Shown here piece after piece: positions 28,291 to 45,905 of a stretch of DNA of 64,000 nucleotides. The stretch is taken from the NCBI GenBank assembly GCA_964427595.1, contig CAYRUQ010000002.1:1149-65148 (forward strand), in the 5' to 3' direction. Position 1 is the first letter of the stretch. Each line of letters starts with the position of its first letter. The position numbers and the translations under genes are program-made. The notes beneath the pieces are model-generated. The model did not search any database. It saw only the letters and a list, made by a program, of their open reading frames with translations, and had not been told where the DNA came from. The DNA is from an uncultured Clostridiaceae bacterium (GTDB lineage: Bacteria; Bacillota_I; Bacilli_A; RFN20; CAG-288).

Positions 28291-30322
28291 GGCAGAGGGC
28301 CTCCATTTCATCGTTATCACCATAGGAACCACTTTGGAAGTAAGAGACACAGACAGTAGGAACAACTCTCTTAGGAGCGTAATCTTCGTAAAGATTGAGC
28401 TGTCTTACATAAGTCTCCCAAGAAGAATCGAGTGAATCTTCGTTGGAGTTCTCGCTAGTTTCTCTGGTGTAATCGATATATCTTTGGATGATATCTTCAA
28501 CTGTCTCTTGATTTTCACCTAAGGTTTCATAGAAGGAAGTGCCATAGGTGGATTCATAGGTGGCTAAATTCTTCTCGTAAAGTTTGAAATCGTAATTTTC
28601 ATCAGAAGCAGAGATGGATGTACGAACATTCTCGATTCTGGAGGTATAAGCGCTGTTGGAATCATAGTCAGCGTTGATGTAGTTGACATAAGAAGGATAA
28701 GTGGAGTAATCAGTTGATTCAGCAGGTGTAGCATCATCATCGGTGGAAGGAATATTAACTCTCCAGTAGTTGTAGGATTCTTGTCCACTTTCTTCGATGA
28801 AGGGATCTTCCTTGACGACGATGAAGTGGATTCCTTCATAACCGGAGCTGCTGGAATCATCGTCATCAGAGCTAGAGGAAGAACCAGCTCTTGTGACCAT
28901 GATAGGATTACCATCTTCATCAACTAAAATGTCATGGTTAGAGATGGAACTGATAGAAGCAGTAGTGGATTCATATGTTTCATAAGTATAAGCGACGAGA
29001 TTATCAGAGATACCACTGTAATTGGTGAACTTGGTATCGGACATGGCTGCTAATTGAGCAGCAACATAGTCGTACTCTTGTAATCTGGAATATAAATCTG
29101 AATCATTTGCAGCAGCGGATCTAAGATCAGCGATGGTATTGAGGCTAGTTCCATAGACTTGATTAACTTCAGCTAAGAAGTTAGAAGCATAATCATCGCT
29201 ATCATCATAGATGAAGCAGACAGAGTGATTATTGAAATAGTTATTAAATAAGATATTTCGAGGATATTGAGTCTCATCAGTATAAGAGACGTTGGTCCCA
29301 TCATCAGCTCTTTCTTGGTTAGCGACATAATAGAGACGGAAAGCGACGGAGACCGGGATGCCATAAGCGTTTCCTTGACCGATTTGAGTAGAGGAGATCT
29401 CAGAAGAAACAGGGCTATCAGTCACTTCACCATTATCAGCATCCTCACCAGGAACTTGGAGGCTTGATTTGACTTCAGCGTTATCCTTGGTCTGAGGATT
29501 GATGAAAGCATCATAAGCATAGATGCCAAGTTTGAACTCGTTGACATAGCTGGTGGTCTTAGACATAGAAGCACCAGAAGAACCGCCTAAATCACCATAG
29601 GAGTCAGCAGAAGAATCATCAGAGAGGATTCTTGCGACATTACCGAAGGTAGTGGTGGAAGTCAAATTAGAAACGACGCTTCCGATTTGTAAAGCATCAT
29701 CAGCCGAGATGTGACCATCCCAAATACCAGTTCCGGTACTAGCGGAATCAGCATCAAGTTGAACTAAGATATGAGAGACATGATAAGGAGATTCTTTCTC
29801 GACGAATTCCTTAGTGTCATCTTCGGAGATGTAATAAAGTCCTCCGTACTCAGTATCTTCGCCAGCGGTATCAGTGTAATAAGCCTCAGAGTTGACTTCG
29901 TTTTGAACCTGAGCAGTTAATTTAGCACGATACTCGTCCATATCTTCGACGTGTTCATCGTCGAAAGTAGCTTCTTGCTCCTCTTTGTAAGAAGTACCAT
30001 TGGTGCTGGCGTTTTCTTCCCAAGTGTCTTCCATTTCCTCAATCAAAGCGTCAACACGGCTTGTGATGACGGAGTTGACAGGAGTGACAATCTGGGCTAA
30101 GACGTTCTTAGCAGTCTCATAATACGCTTCAGCAGAAGCTTGTTCCCCTTCGAACAGCTCGAAAATCTCATTGTAGGTGTAAGCTTTACCACCGACAGTG
30201 ACGATGATGTTATCTTGCCAGTCTGCATCCGGATAGGTGTAATCAGAACTACAGGAAGCAAGAACACCTGCGATGAGAGTGACGCTCATCGCCAAAGAAA
30301 AGGTTCTAATACCTTTTTTCAT
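28277..30322 (-). CDS. Large acidic Ser/Asp-rich lipoprotein, unknown function (possible parvulin-like segment)
   Basis: Lipobox LASC (GVLASCSSD); strong Shine-Dalgarno; SSSSSDDDDSSSSG run; YHVSHILVQLD resembles the parvulin/PrsA hxxSHILV signature. Confidence 0.6.
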   Translation of the reverse strand: MKKGIRTFSLAMSVTLIAGVLASCSSDYTYPDADWQDNIIVTVGGKAYTYNEIFELFEGEQASAEAYYETAKNVLAQIVTPVNSVITSRVDALIEEMEDTWEENASTNGTSYKEEQEATFDDEHVEDMDEYRAKLTAQVQNEVNSEAYYTDTAGEDTEYGGLYYISEDDTKEFVEKESPYHVSHILVQLDADSASTGTGIWDGHISADDALQIGSVVSNLTSTTTFGNVARILSDDSSADSYGDLGGSSGASMSKTTSYVNEFKLGIYAYDAFINPQTKDNAEVKSSLQVPGEDADNGEVTDSPVSSEISSTQIGQGNAYGIPVSVAFRLYYVANQERADDGTNVSYTDETQYPRNILFNNYFNNHSVCFIYDDSDDYASNFLAEVNQVYGTSLNTIADLRSAAANDSDLYSRLQEYDYVAAQLAAMSDTKFTNYSGISDNLVAYTYETYESTTASISSISNHDILVDEDGNPIMVTRAGSSSSSDDDDSSSSGYEGIHFIVVKEDPFIEESGQESYNYWRVNIPSTDDDATPAESTDYSTYPSYVNYINADYDSNSAYTSRIENVRTSISASDENYDFKLYEKNLATYESTYGTSFYETLGENQETVEDIIQRYIDYTRETSENSNEDSLDSSWETYVRQLNLYEDYAPKRVVPTVCVSYFQSGSYGDNDEMEALCHVER

Positions 30323-30464
30323 TAGTGCCCTCCTTGTTGAATAGCTTTATCACAGTGGACAATCCCTACTAATATAGTAGTTTGCTTTTTTGATTTCAAG
30401 AATAACATTATAATCCAAACTCGGTTATAACAAAGACGTTATTTGTGCTAAAATTTTTTTCACC

Positions 30465-31265
30465 ATGAAAGAAACTTTTGCGGTCATAAATCAGAAAGGC
30501 GGTGTCGGCAAAACTACATCCGCATACAATCTAGCTTCAGCCCTCTCTCGATATAACAAGCGAATACTTCTCATCGATCTTGATCCGCAAGGATATTGTT
30601 CCCAAGCGATTGGGGTCGATTCTACCCTTTTGAGGAGAACTGTCGCTGATCTTTTAGCAGGTAGAGCGGATATGAAGAAAGTCATCAGACGAACTTTCTT
30701 CAGCAATATCTCCTTGATCCCAGCTAATCTTTCTTTACAAAGTACCGAAGCAGAGCTGATTCAACAAAGCAAAAATGATTTAACACACTTAAAAAAGTGT
30801 CTTGATGATAGTGAGACTGATTACTACGATTTCATCATCATCGATTGCCCGCCTTCATTAGGTTTTCTCTCATTAAATGCGATGAGTGCATCCGATAGTT
30901 TGATCGTCCCCGTCCAGTGCGAATATTTCGCAATCGATGCTTTAGCTAAACTTTTAGCTTCAGTCAGCGCTATTCAAAGAACCAGTAATCCAGATTTAGA
31001 GATCATGGGAATCCTTTTAACTATGTTTGATCCGAGAACCAAACTTTCAACGGAAGTAGCGATGGAAGTGAGAAACTCCTGTAAAGAAAAAGTCTTCACC
31101 ACTTACATACCGAGAAATATATCTATCCCAGAAGCTATCTCTAAATCGATGCCAGTCATCAACTACAAGCCTGGTTCACAAGGTGCTTTAGCTTATATGA
31201 GCTTAGCGAGAGAAGTGATGGCCTATACGGAAGCTAAAGAAAAGAGGTTAAACGAAGAGAAATAG
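30465..31265 (+). CDS. ParA/Soj-family ATPase with no adjacent parB
   Basis: Deviant Walker A KGGVGKTT near the N-terminus; full ParA length; no ParB-like gene follows. Confidence 0.85.
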   Translation: MKETFAVINQKGGVGKTTSAYNLASALSRYNKRILLIDLDPQGYCSQAIGVDSTLLRRTVADLLAGRADMKKVIRRTFFSNISLIPANLSLQSTEAELIQQSKNDLTHLKKCLDDSETDYYDFIIIDCPPSLGFLSLNAMSASDSLIVPVQCEYFAIDALAKLLASVSAIQRTSNPDLEIMGILLTMFDPRTKLSTEVAMEVRNSCKEKVFTTYIPRNISIPEAISKSMPVINYKPGSQGALAYMSLAREVMAYTEAKEKRLNEEK

Positions 31266-31275
31266 TTTGATGTCC

Positions 31276-31935
31276 TCAACCGACTAAGTTTTCTTTTTCT
31301 TTAGTTTGTTTTTCTCTTTCCTTAAGAGAGACGAGACATCCACAATAATTCTGTCTGTAGATATCATAAGAGTTAGAGATTCTAATGCCTTTTAGTTGTC
31401 CATCTTCTTTTTTGAAATCGGAGTACAAATACTTGGTATTTTTGTAAACTTCGGACAATCTGATACCGATCTCATTTAATTCTCTTGATGGTTTTTTGCA
31501 AGAGACAGTCATCACCGTAGTGAAATAATCATAGTGATGAAGACAGGCGTACTTATAAGAGAGATTCATCCTATAAGCATGACATCTAAGACAGACTTGT
31601 CCACCTTCAAAATCGCTTTCTCTATCTTTAAAAAGCTCGTTATATTTATCAAAATCTTCGTTCATTAAAACGACTCTGACTTGTTCTTTATGATCTCTAA
31701 CATAACCTTGAATGAGTTTTTCAAGATTGAACAGTCTTTTTTGATACTCAGATAAGGGTTGAATATTAGGATTGATGAATCCGATAGTCAGATTGAAATG
31801 AGGAAGCAAGATAGAAAGCGGATAAGCAAGACAAGGCCCACAGCAGGCATGAAGAAAGAGAGTGGGTTTCACACCACTATTTTCAATCTCTTTAATAGTC
31901 TCTTTAAATTCCTGATTATAGTTTCTTGAATTCAT
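31276..31935 (-). CDS. queH: Epoxyqueuosine reductase QueH (DUF208)
   Basis: HACCGPC motif and Cys-rich QueH architecture. Confidence 0.8.
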   Translation of the reverse strand: MNSRNYNQEFKETIKEIENSGVKPTLFLHACCGPCLAYPLSILLPHFNLTIGFINPNIQPLSEYQKRLFNLEKLIQGYVRDHKEQVRVVLMNEDFDKYNELFKDRESDFEGGQVCLRCHAYRMNLSYKYACLHHYDYFTTVMTVSCKKPSRELNEIGIRLSEVYKNTKYLYSDFKKEDGQLKGIRISNSYDIYRQNYCGCLVSLKEREKQTKEKENLVG

Positions 31936-33000
31936 CCGTTATGAACATGCTATCACCAAAAGAGAAGAAACGATATCTCTCTTTGACAGCGTGATTATAG
32001 GCGTTAAGGATGTTCTCTCTTGTTGAAAAGGCTGAGACTAACATCACCAAAGTCGATTTGGGAAGGTGGAAGTTAGTGATCAAAGCATCAATCGCCTCAT
32101 ATTTAAAGCCAGGATAAATAAAAAGGTTAGTATCACCATAACACTCTTTAAACTGACCATACTTCTTATAGATCGTCTCTAAAGTTCTAGTGGAGGTAGT
32201 ACCGACAGCGATGATCCTTCTCTTCTCTTTCTTAGCGAGGTTGAGTCTAGAGGCGGTCTTTTCACTCATTTGATAGTACTCAGAGTGCATATCATGTTCT
32301 CTGATATCATCGCTTTTAACCGGACGGAAGGTTCCAAGTCCGACATGAAGAGTTACATCTAACACTTCAACTCCCATCTCTTCTAACTCTTCAATCAGTT
32401 CGTTAGTGAAGTGAAAACCAGCAGTAGGAGCAGCAGCTGAACCTTCAACCTTAGCATAGACAGTCTGATAGCGAGAATTATCGCCAAGCTGCTTGTGAAT
32501 ATAAGGAGGAAGAGGCATCTTACCTAGTCTTTCAAGAACCTCTAAGAAGATCCCTTGATAAGAGAAACGAAAGACTCTTATACCTTCTTCTTTGACTTCT
32601 AAACAAGTAGCTATCAATTCATCAGCAGCACCAAAAGAGATGATAGTACCTAATTTGACTGTCTTCGCATTACCAACTAGACACTCCCATTCATCTTTTC
32701 TTCCTTCAAGTTCGTGAAGTAGAAGGACTTCAACATGAGCATGGGTCTCTTTCTTTTCACCAAAAAGACGAGCAGGGATGACTTTAGTGTTGTTTCTGAC
32801 TAAGACATCACCTTTTTTCAAATAATGTTTAATCTCATAAAAATGAGGTTCATCTTTGATCTCTCCCGTCTTTCTATCGAGGACTAAAAGACGAGATTCA
32901 TCTCTTTTCTCAGCCGGAGATTGAGCGATCAGCTCTTCTGGAAGAGAATAGTCATAAGATGAAAGAGAATAGATATCGTAATCAAATCCGGGTGTATTCA

Positions 33001-33001
<1 letters not shown>
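31916..33001 (-). CDS. queA: S-adenosylmethionine:tRNA ribosyltransferase-isomerase
   Basis: Full-length QueA similarity (SRLLVLDR...FHFT). Confidence 0.9.
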
Positions 33002-35574
<2,573 letters not shown>

Positions 35575-35578
<4 letters not shown>

Positions 35579-37026
35579 TCCTCCTTGACCAGGTCTTTTA
35601 GACCAGTCAGTCTTTCAATTTCAGAAGCCAAAGCTAAGACATAACCATCCTCAAAGACTCTACCGGTGATATTGATACCGAAGGGTAATCCGTCTTCTTC
35701 CATCAAAGGAAGGGTGATAGAGGGATAACCCCCGAAGTTTCCAAGCGTCAAGATATTGTCTAAGAAGTTAGGATCAGGAGACCAAGAGGTAGAGAGTTCA
35801 TCAAACTTAGGAGGCTTGCTATAGCTAGCTGGTAAAACGAGATAATCGATATCATCGAAGAACTTGTTCATGCTATCGACGATCAGTCTTCTCGCTTTTT
35901 GTGCTCTAGTGAACATCTCATCTTGATTTTGTGATAGAAGTGAGAAAGAACCGATGACGAAACGTCTTTTGATCATATCGGAGAAGCCTTTGGTTCTGCA
36001 CTCCTTCATGTACTCGATATAAGTTTTAGAATCACTAGCACCAGGACCGAAACGGACACCATCAAGATTGGCGTCATTAGAAGTAGCTTCCGCACAAGAG
36101 ATGATCATATAAGTCGGATATAATGCATCTAAATACTGTTTATCAAAGTCATAAGAGATGATCTCATATCCTTCATTTTTAAGCTTATCTAAAAGCTTAT
36201 GATAATTTTCTTTTAAAACAGGATCAGTGATTGCCTCATCAACGACTTTGAAGTAACCGATTCTCTTTAAAGTTTTCTTCTCTAAGACATAGTTTTGATA
36301 CTTCTCTTTCTTTCTGGAAGAAGTCGACATATCTTTAGAGTCTTTACCAGCTAAACAAGAGAGGATATAGGCACTATCTAAGACATTTCTAGTGAAGTAA
36401 GCGATCGTATCTAAAGAAGGCGCAAACGGGAAAAGTCCGTATCTAGAAACTCTTCCCCAAGTAGGCTTAAAACCGACTAAGTTTGTATAACTAGCAGGTT
36501 TTCTAACAGAATCACCAGTATCAGAACCCAAAGCAAAAGATGCGATACCAGAAGCCAAAGCAGCTGCTGAACCACAAGAAGAGCCACCAGCGATTCTATT
36601 TTTGTCATAGGGATTTAAAGTCGCTCCTTTATGACCGGAGGTTCCATTTCCACCCATCGCTAATTCATCCATCGTCGTCTTAGCGACTAAAATCATGCCA
36701 GCTCTTTTAAGTTTAGAAATGACAGTCGCATCAAAAAGAGGAACATATCCGTTTAAGATGTTAGAAGAAGCAGTCGTCTCTACTCCTTTAGTCGAGTAAT
36801 TATCTTTCGCTAAAAAGGGTATGCCTTTTAAATATTCATCTTCAGTGACTTCGGTGATACTAGAAGCTTCTTTTCTCGCCTCATCAAAACAGGTGGCTTC
36901 AAAAGAATTACAGTCATCTTCTAAGACACCTTGGATACAATCTTCAACTAGCTCTAAAGGAGTGACTTCCTTGTTGACGAGAGCTTTATGGAGTTCACTT
37001 ATCGAAAGCTTATTGTACTTAGTCAT
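35575..37026 (-). CDS. gatA: Glu-tRNA(Gln) amidotransferase subunit A
   Basis: Amidase signature GGSSCGSAAALASG. Confidence 0.95.
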
Positions 37027-37327
37027 TGTTATTACCTACCACTTTAGGAAGCTTGAATTGATCACCTAATTTAGTGCTTGAATTTAAAAGAGCATCCTTA
37101 GCTTTCAAAGGACGAGAAGGTTTATCTTCTCTCATCAATTTCTGGTGGTCTTTATATGGGAAAGTCATCGGCTCAGCTTGGTCAACACCAGGGAGAGATT
37201 TGAGCAATTCAATCTGAGCCAAAACACTATCAAACTCGTGATAAATGAGATCGGTAGCTTCAGGGGTGAGATCAAACATCAGACTAGAAGCGCATTTGCT
37301 GATGATATCTTTGTTAATTTCTATCAT
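37019..37327 (-). CDS. gatC: Glu-tRNA(Gln) amidotransferase subunit C
   Basis: ~100 aa GatC-like protein at the head of gatCAB; GTAGGAG Shine-Dalgarno. Confidence 0.85.
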   Translation of the reverse strand: MIEINKDIISKCASSLMFDLTPEATDLIYHEFDSVLAQIELLKSLPGVDQAEPMTFPYKDHQKLMREDKPSRPLKAKDALLNSSTKLGDQFKLPKVVGNNND

Positions 37328-37409
37328 TGGAACACTCCTACATATTTAAGCAATCTAAAATTATAAATATAAATATTTAAAATAACTAGTTAATAAGAAT
37401 TTATAATTA

Positions 37410-41734
<4,325 letters not shown>

Positions 41735-41891
41735 AGTGATTTCCAAGTGAAAATTATACCAAAATTTTGCCTCTCTTTCCTTTCTTTGAAGATGTGAGTA
41801 GGAAAAAGAACATAGAAGCTTTTGGGTCTCTTAAAACTGATTATTGAAAATCTCGTTAAACAGCTGATTTTATCTCTTATCTACTAATAAA

Positions 41892-44363
41892 TTATTCAAC
41901 CGACTTTAAAGACTCAGCCATGTTGATCTTCTTAGCTTTGAGATTGAGGAAGGTTGAGATGATGAAAGAAGAGCCGATCGCAATAGCAAATGAAATCAAA
42001 TAGGTGTACCACTGTATGTGATAGATAAATGTCATCAAATTAGTTTGATTGATTTCTAAAACTAAGACCATCAATGGATAACCAAAGAATAATCCAATCA
42101 AAGCACCCACTAAAACATCGAGCATGATCTCTATATTAAGAGTCTTTGAAATCTCTCTATATTTGAAACCGAGAACTTTCATCGTAGCGATATCACGAGT
42201 TCTCTCAGCTATATTAAGACTCGTCAAGTTATAAAGAACGACTACTGAGAGAAGAATAGCGAAGATCTTGACGATATTAGTCATAGTTGAAATGGTGGAT
42301 AGAATCTGGTCTGCTTGCTCTAGATAATCTTCTCCAGTCATTATCGTCAAGATAGAAAAGTTTTCAGTTAATATCGAAACCATCGAATCAATATCAACAC
42401 CATCTTCAACAGTTATGTAATATCCAGAAACAGTGAATGAATTAGACGGATACTCCGAGACTAAATCATAGATTCCTTTTAAGAATGAGGATTCAAAGAT
42501 ATAAGTGACTTCCTTGGTATAAACAGTAGAATTGACGATCATTCTGATTTGATCACCGACTTCAACATCCAGACTATTTGCTGTATCGACATCCAAAGAG
42601 ACACCAGAATCAACACCGACAGGAACTAACAAGAAAGAAGAGTCTTCTTCAACTAGATTGAGATCAACACTGACTTGAGAAGTGTTATCAGATGATGCAG
42701 TGATCGGATAGCTATAATAAGCTTCGACTCTCTCTATCCCATCAATCTCAGAGGCTTCCTCAACGAAAGTAGAGCTGTTTGATTCTAAAACACACATGAT
42801 GTCGATGTTTTGGTTGGTACTGAAGTCTAGAGCGATATCATAATCAAGGGTGTCCATGATACCAAAGCCACAGACTAACATAGCCGTACAACCAAGGGTA
42901 CCAAGTACCACCATAATCGACTTGCCTTTCTCCTTAAAGATATTTCTAAAGGCCATTCTTAAAGAGATGGAAGTATGACGAGAAGAGAAGGAATCAGTCT
43001 TGACCGGTTTAGCTTTGCTCTTACTACCCTTAGGTTTTAAAGTCTCACACGGTTTCTCTCTGATGACCTTAAAAGAAATCATGAAAGCACAAAGACCGGA
43101 AATTAAGATCAAAAGACAAATCATCAGTATCGATAAAGGATAGAAGAAACTGATGGATACGGAAGGAAGATCCCAGAGGAGGTCATACTTCATCGATAAA
43201 ATAGCAGGAATCATCAAAGGACCGACGATGAATCCTAAGACAGCACCTATCAGACATAAAATCATTCCATAAGTTGTGTAATGAGCATAAATCTTTCTTG
43301 AAGGAACACCGATTGCTTTCATCGCACCTATTTGAGAACGTTCTTTAATAATCATCTGAGAGAGTGTTGTCAAGATGACAAGAAGTGATACTAAAAAGAA
43401 GATGACTGGGAAGACGAAAGTGAGTGCCATCGCCTGATCACATTCCTGTTTTAATTCCTCATACTGCGACATCTCTGTGCTAAGGACACAGGAAAGAACA
43501 TCATCACTATCAGAAAAGTAATTCTCTATCGCTTCTAAACAAGCATCAGGATCTGTTGATGTGAATAGGTACTGATTCTCCATATACGGGAATAGAGTGG
43601 TGATGATAGAAGAATCAAGCTGTATATTTAAAAGAGAGAGAAAAGAGTTGATACGATCGATATCAATATACTGGACTAAGAAATCCCACAAGATATCAGC
43701 TACATAACTTTGATCAGCGTAGATAGTAGTCAAAGACATCGTGGAACTTTGAACAGCTTCTGGATGATACATGATGCCACTGACTTCAAAAGTTAAAGAT
43801 ATCTCTTCTTCAGTCAATGGATTAGTGACACCATCTCTAAGAAACCTACCTATCAAACTGACTATCTCATCATCAAGATTGAGATAAGAAGTCTGGAGAG
43901 ATAAATTCAACTCAGAACCGACTTCTAAGTTATTAGAAGAAGCATAAGTATCAGTGATAGTCAGCCCTCTTTCACCTTCAATCATGTAAGGGATAGAGAT
44001 AGTTGAGTCATCTTCAGCCATCACGAAATAAGCGATTGTATTTCCGTGATAAACCGGAAGATACACCCTTCCTTCAACATCATCGACAGCATCAAGAGAA
44101 GTGAGATTGTTCTTCTGCTGAATCGTAAGAGGAGAAGAGACAGTCAGATAAACATCGGCATAATTAGTCTGTTCATAAAGAAAATCAGCTCTCTCTTGAA
44201 TATTCTCAGCATTAGAAGTTAAACCACTGAAAAGACAAACAGAAAGGAAAGAGATGGCGATGACAGAGATGAGCTGTTTCCAGTTTTTAAATAAAGATCT
44301 CAGAAGGTTCTTTAAAAGAAGATGAGTGGTTGCCTGAGCTTCATCGTAATCGTGCTTCACCAT
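41892..44363 (-). CDS. ABC transporter permease with two FtsX-like domains (MacB-like)
   Basis: 823 aa; N-terminal TM plus large extracytoplasmic domain; two 3-4 TM FtsX-type bundles; coupled to the upstream ATPase. Confidence 0.8.
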   Translation of the reverse strand: MVKHDYDEAQATTHLLLKNLLRSLFKNWKQLISVIAISFLSVCLFSGLTSNAENIQERADFLYEQTNYADVYLTVSSPLTIQQKNNLTSLDAVDDVEGRVYLPVYHGNTIAYFVMAEDDSTISIPYMIEGERGLTITDTYASSNNLEVGSELNLSLQTSYLNLDDEIVSLIGRFLRDGVTNPLTEEEISLTFEVSGIMYHPEAVQSSTMSLTTIYADQSYVADILWDFLVQYIDIDRINSFLSLLNIQLDSSIITTLFPYMENQYLFTSTDPDACLEAIENYFSDSDDVLSCVLSTEMSQYEELKQECDQAMALTFVFPVIFFLVSLLVILTTLSQMIIKERSQIGAMKAIGVPSRKIYAHYTTYGMILCLIGAVLGFIVGPLMIPAILSMKYDLLWDLPSVSISFFYPLSILMICLLILISGLCAFMISFKVIREKPCETLKPKGSKSKAKPVKTDSFSSRHTSISLRMAFRNIFKEKGKSIMVVLGTLGCTAMLVCGFGIMDTLDYDIALDFSTNQNIDIMCVLESNSSTFVEEASEIDGIERVEAYYSYPITASSDNTSQVSVDLNLVEEDSSFLLVPVGVDSGVSLDVDTANSLDVEVGDQIRMIVNSTVYTKEVTYIFESSFLKGIYDLVSEYPSNSFTVSGYYITVEDGVDIDSMVSILTENFSILTIMTGEDYLEQADQILSTISTMTNIVKIFAILLSVVVLYNLTSLNIAERTRDIATMKVLGFKYREISKTLNIEIMLDVLVGALIGLFFGYPLMVLVLEINQTNLMTFIYHIQWYTYLISFAIAIGSSFIISTFLNLKAKKINMAESLKSVE

Positions 44364-45061
44364 TCTATGTTCTCAAGACTTTCTTTACGAGGGAAGGTGG
44401 AATTTTCAATGATTTCACCATCACCGATTCTTATCAATCTTGTGGCTGTTTGAGCAAGTTTTGAGTTATGAGTGACGATGATGACAGTAGTATGGAATTT
44501 CAAAGAGAGTGAATAAAGAAGCTGGATAATCTTTGTTCCTGTTTTAGAATCAAGAGCACCAGTAGGTTCATCGCATAAAAGAAGCTTCGGGTTCTTGACG
44601 ATGGCTCTAGCGATAGAGACTCTCTGTTGTTCACCGCCAGAAAGTTGACCAGGGAAGTTACCAGCTCTCTTAGTCAAACCGACATCCTCTAAAACTTCTT
44701 TCGTCTTTAAAGGATTCTTGACGATAGAAGCAGCTAAATCGACATTCTCATATGCAGTCAAATTATTTAACAAGTTATAAAACTGAAAGATGAAGCCGAT
44801 ATCATTCCTTCGAAAGCTTTCTAACTCTTTGGCGTCCGCTTTAGAAATATCTCTTCCGTTAAAAATATATTGACCAGAAGTGGCGGTATCCATGCCCCCA
44901 AGAAGGTTCAAAAGAGTGGTTTTACCCGCTCCGGAAGCACCTAAGATAACGACAAATTCACCTTCATCGATAGTGAAAGAGACTTGCTTCAAAGCTTGCA
45001 CTTGAGCAGTCTTCTCACTCCCATAAACCTTAGTTAAATCTTTTGCTTCAATAAATGCCAT
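44357..45061 (-). CDS. ABC transporter ATP-binding protein (MacB/LolD-like)
   Basis: Walker [10 protein letters not shown], signature [14 protein letters not shown], Walker [13 protein letters not shown]. Confidence 0.9.
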   Translation of the reverse strand: MAFIEAKDLTKVYGSEKTAQVQALKQVSFTIDEGEFVVILGASGAGKTTLLNLLGGMDTATSGQYIFNGRDISKADAKELESFRRNDIGFIFQFYNLLNNLTAYENVDLAASIVKNPLKTKEVLEDVGLTKRAGNFPGQLSGGEQQRVSIARAIVKNPKLLLCDEPTGALDSKTGTKIIQLLYSLSLKFHTTVIIVTHNSKLAQTATRLIRIGDGEIIENSTFPRKESLENIEW

Positions 45062-45259
45062 CGCTATTCCCCTACTACTAACAGAATATTATTTTAAAAA
45101 ATAAGTACTAAAAACTATTAGTGAAACTTTCAAAAATTGCACTAATTTCTCCATTTGAAAAAAGAAAGCGTTTCAAAATTAAAAAAGCTAACACCAAAGT
45201 TATGTTGAATAAAGCACCTATCAATGTTAAAAAATTTCAGCAGAACAATTAAATCACTA

Positions 45260-45290
45260 AAAAACCGGAAGGAATTCCCCTCCGGTAAAC
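45260..45290 (-). terminator. Terminator-like hairpin downstream of tRNA-Gln
   Basis: Imperfect hairpin CCGGAAGG-aattc-CCCTCCGG (45265-45285) followed on the minus strand by T5. Confidence 0.4.
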
Positions 45291-45299
45291 TTCTTAACG

Positions 45300-45371
45300 C
45301 TGGGGTACTTGGATTCGAACCAAGGCATCGCAGTTTCAGAGACTGTTGTCTTACCGCTTGACTATACCCCA
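45300..45371 (-). tRNA. tRNA-Gln (anticodon CTG)
   Basis: The minus-strand sequence TGGGGTATAGTCAAGCGGTAAGAC...CTCTGAA...GGTTCGAATCC...TACCCCAG folds as a cloverleaf with U1-A72, anticodon loop CTCTGAA (CUG), T-loop TTCGAAT and discriminator G. Confidence 0.85.
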
Positions 45372-45386
45372 AGAAAGGCAAAGACT

Positions 45387-45415
45387 AATATAGTTTTTAA
45401 CACCCGATTTGTCAA
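45387..45415 (-). promoter_or_regulatory. Consensus sigma-A promoter for tRNA-Gln
   Basis: On the minus strand TTGACA (45415-45410), 17-nt spacer, TATATT (45392-45387), about 15 nt upstream of the tRNA 5' end. Confidence 0.55.
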
Positions 45416-45431
45416 CTAGATAGAGGCGCTT

Positions 45432-45905
45432 TCACTTGTTATAAGTGTGCCCGCTTGCAGAAAGAAAGTATCGATAAATCTGTTCTAAAAGAATCAGCAA
45501 AGCGTGATAATGAGTGAAAGTCAACTTAGAAAGAGAAAAAGAAAAGTTCGCTCTTTTTCTAAGTGAATCAGAAATACCATTTGATGAACCGATATAAAAG
45601 ACGAGATTTCCATGTGTCGAGATGATAGAAGCCAGTTTCTCTTGAAATTGAAAAGAAGAAAGTTCAGGAGCATGAATATCACAAAGGATGAGAAAATCAT
45701 CTTTTTTAAGTCTCTTTAAAACAGTTGAGGCTTCTTTTTCAAGAGCAGCATCTATATCTTTCTGACTATCAGAAGAAGGAGTCTCCTCCTTTAAAAGAGT
45801 CAAATCAATCTTCGAATGAGGAGTGATTCGGACAAGATAGTATTTGTAGAGTTCATCAAGAGCTTTATCTTTGCTTTTACCAGGCATCAAAAGATGGATG
45901 TTCAT
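45432..45905 (-). CDS. rlmH: 23S rRNA (pseudouridine1915-N3)-methyltransferase RlmH
   Basis: ~157-aa SPOUT protein; C-terminus SKLTFTHYHALLILLEQIYR matches RlmH. Confidence 0.9.
   Translation of the reverse strand: MNIHLLMPGKSKDKALDELYKYYLVRITPHSKIDLTLLKEETPSSDSQKDIDAALEKEASTVLKRLKKDDFLILCDIHAPELSSFQFQEKLASIISTHGNLVFYIGSSNGISDSLRKRANFSFSLSKLTFTHYHALLILLEQIYRYFLSASGHTYNK

Noticed and set aside
30465-31265. Plasmid partition locus (parAB-parS)
   Set aside because: No parB, no replication initiator and no iterons nearby; the flanking genes are chromosomal housekeeping genes (que, gatCAB).
41747-41891. Terminator between the ABC permease gene and pcrA
   Set aside because: Only an AT-only 6-bp stem (AAAATC/GATTTT) with a 13-nt loop is present. 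That is too weak to call, and the ABC operon may read through into pcrA-ligA.
45142-45381. 79-aa minus-strand ORF
   Set aside because: It overlaps tRNA-Gln, its promoter and its terminator; a spurious ORF in an AT-rich spacer.
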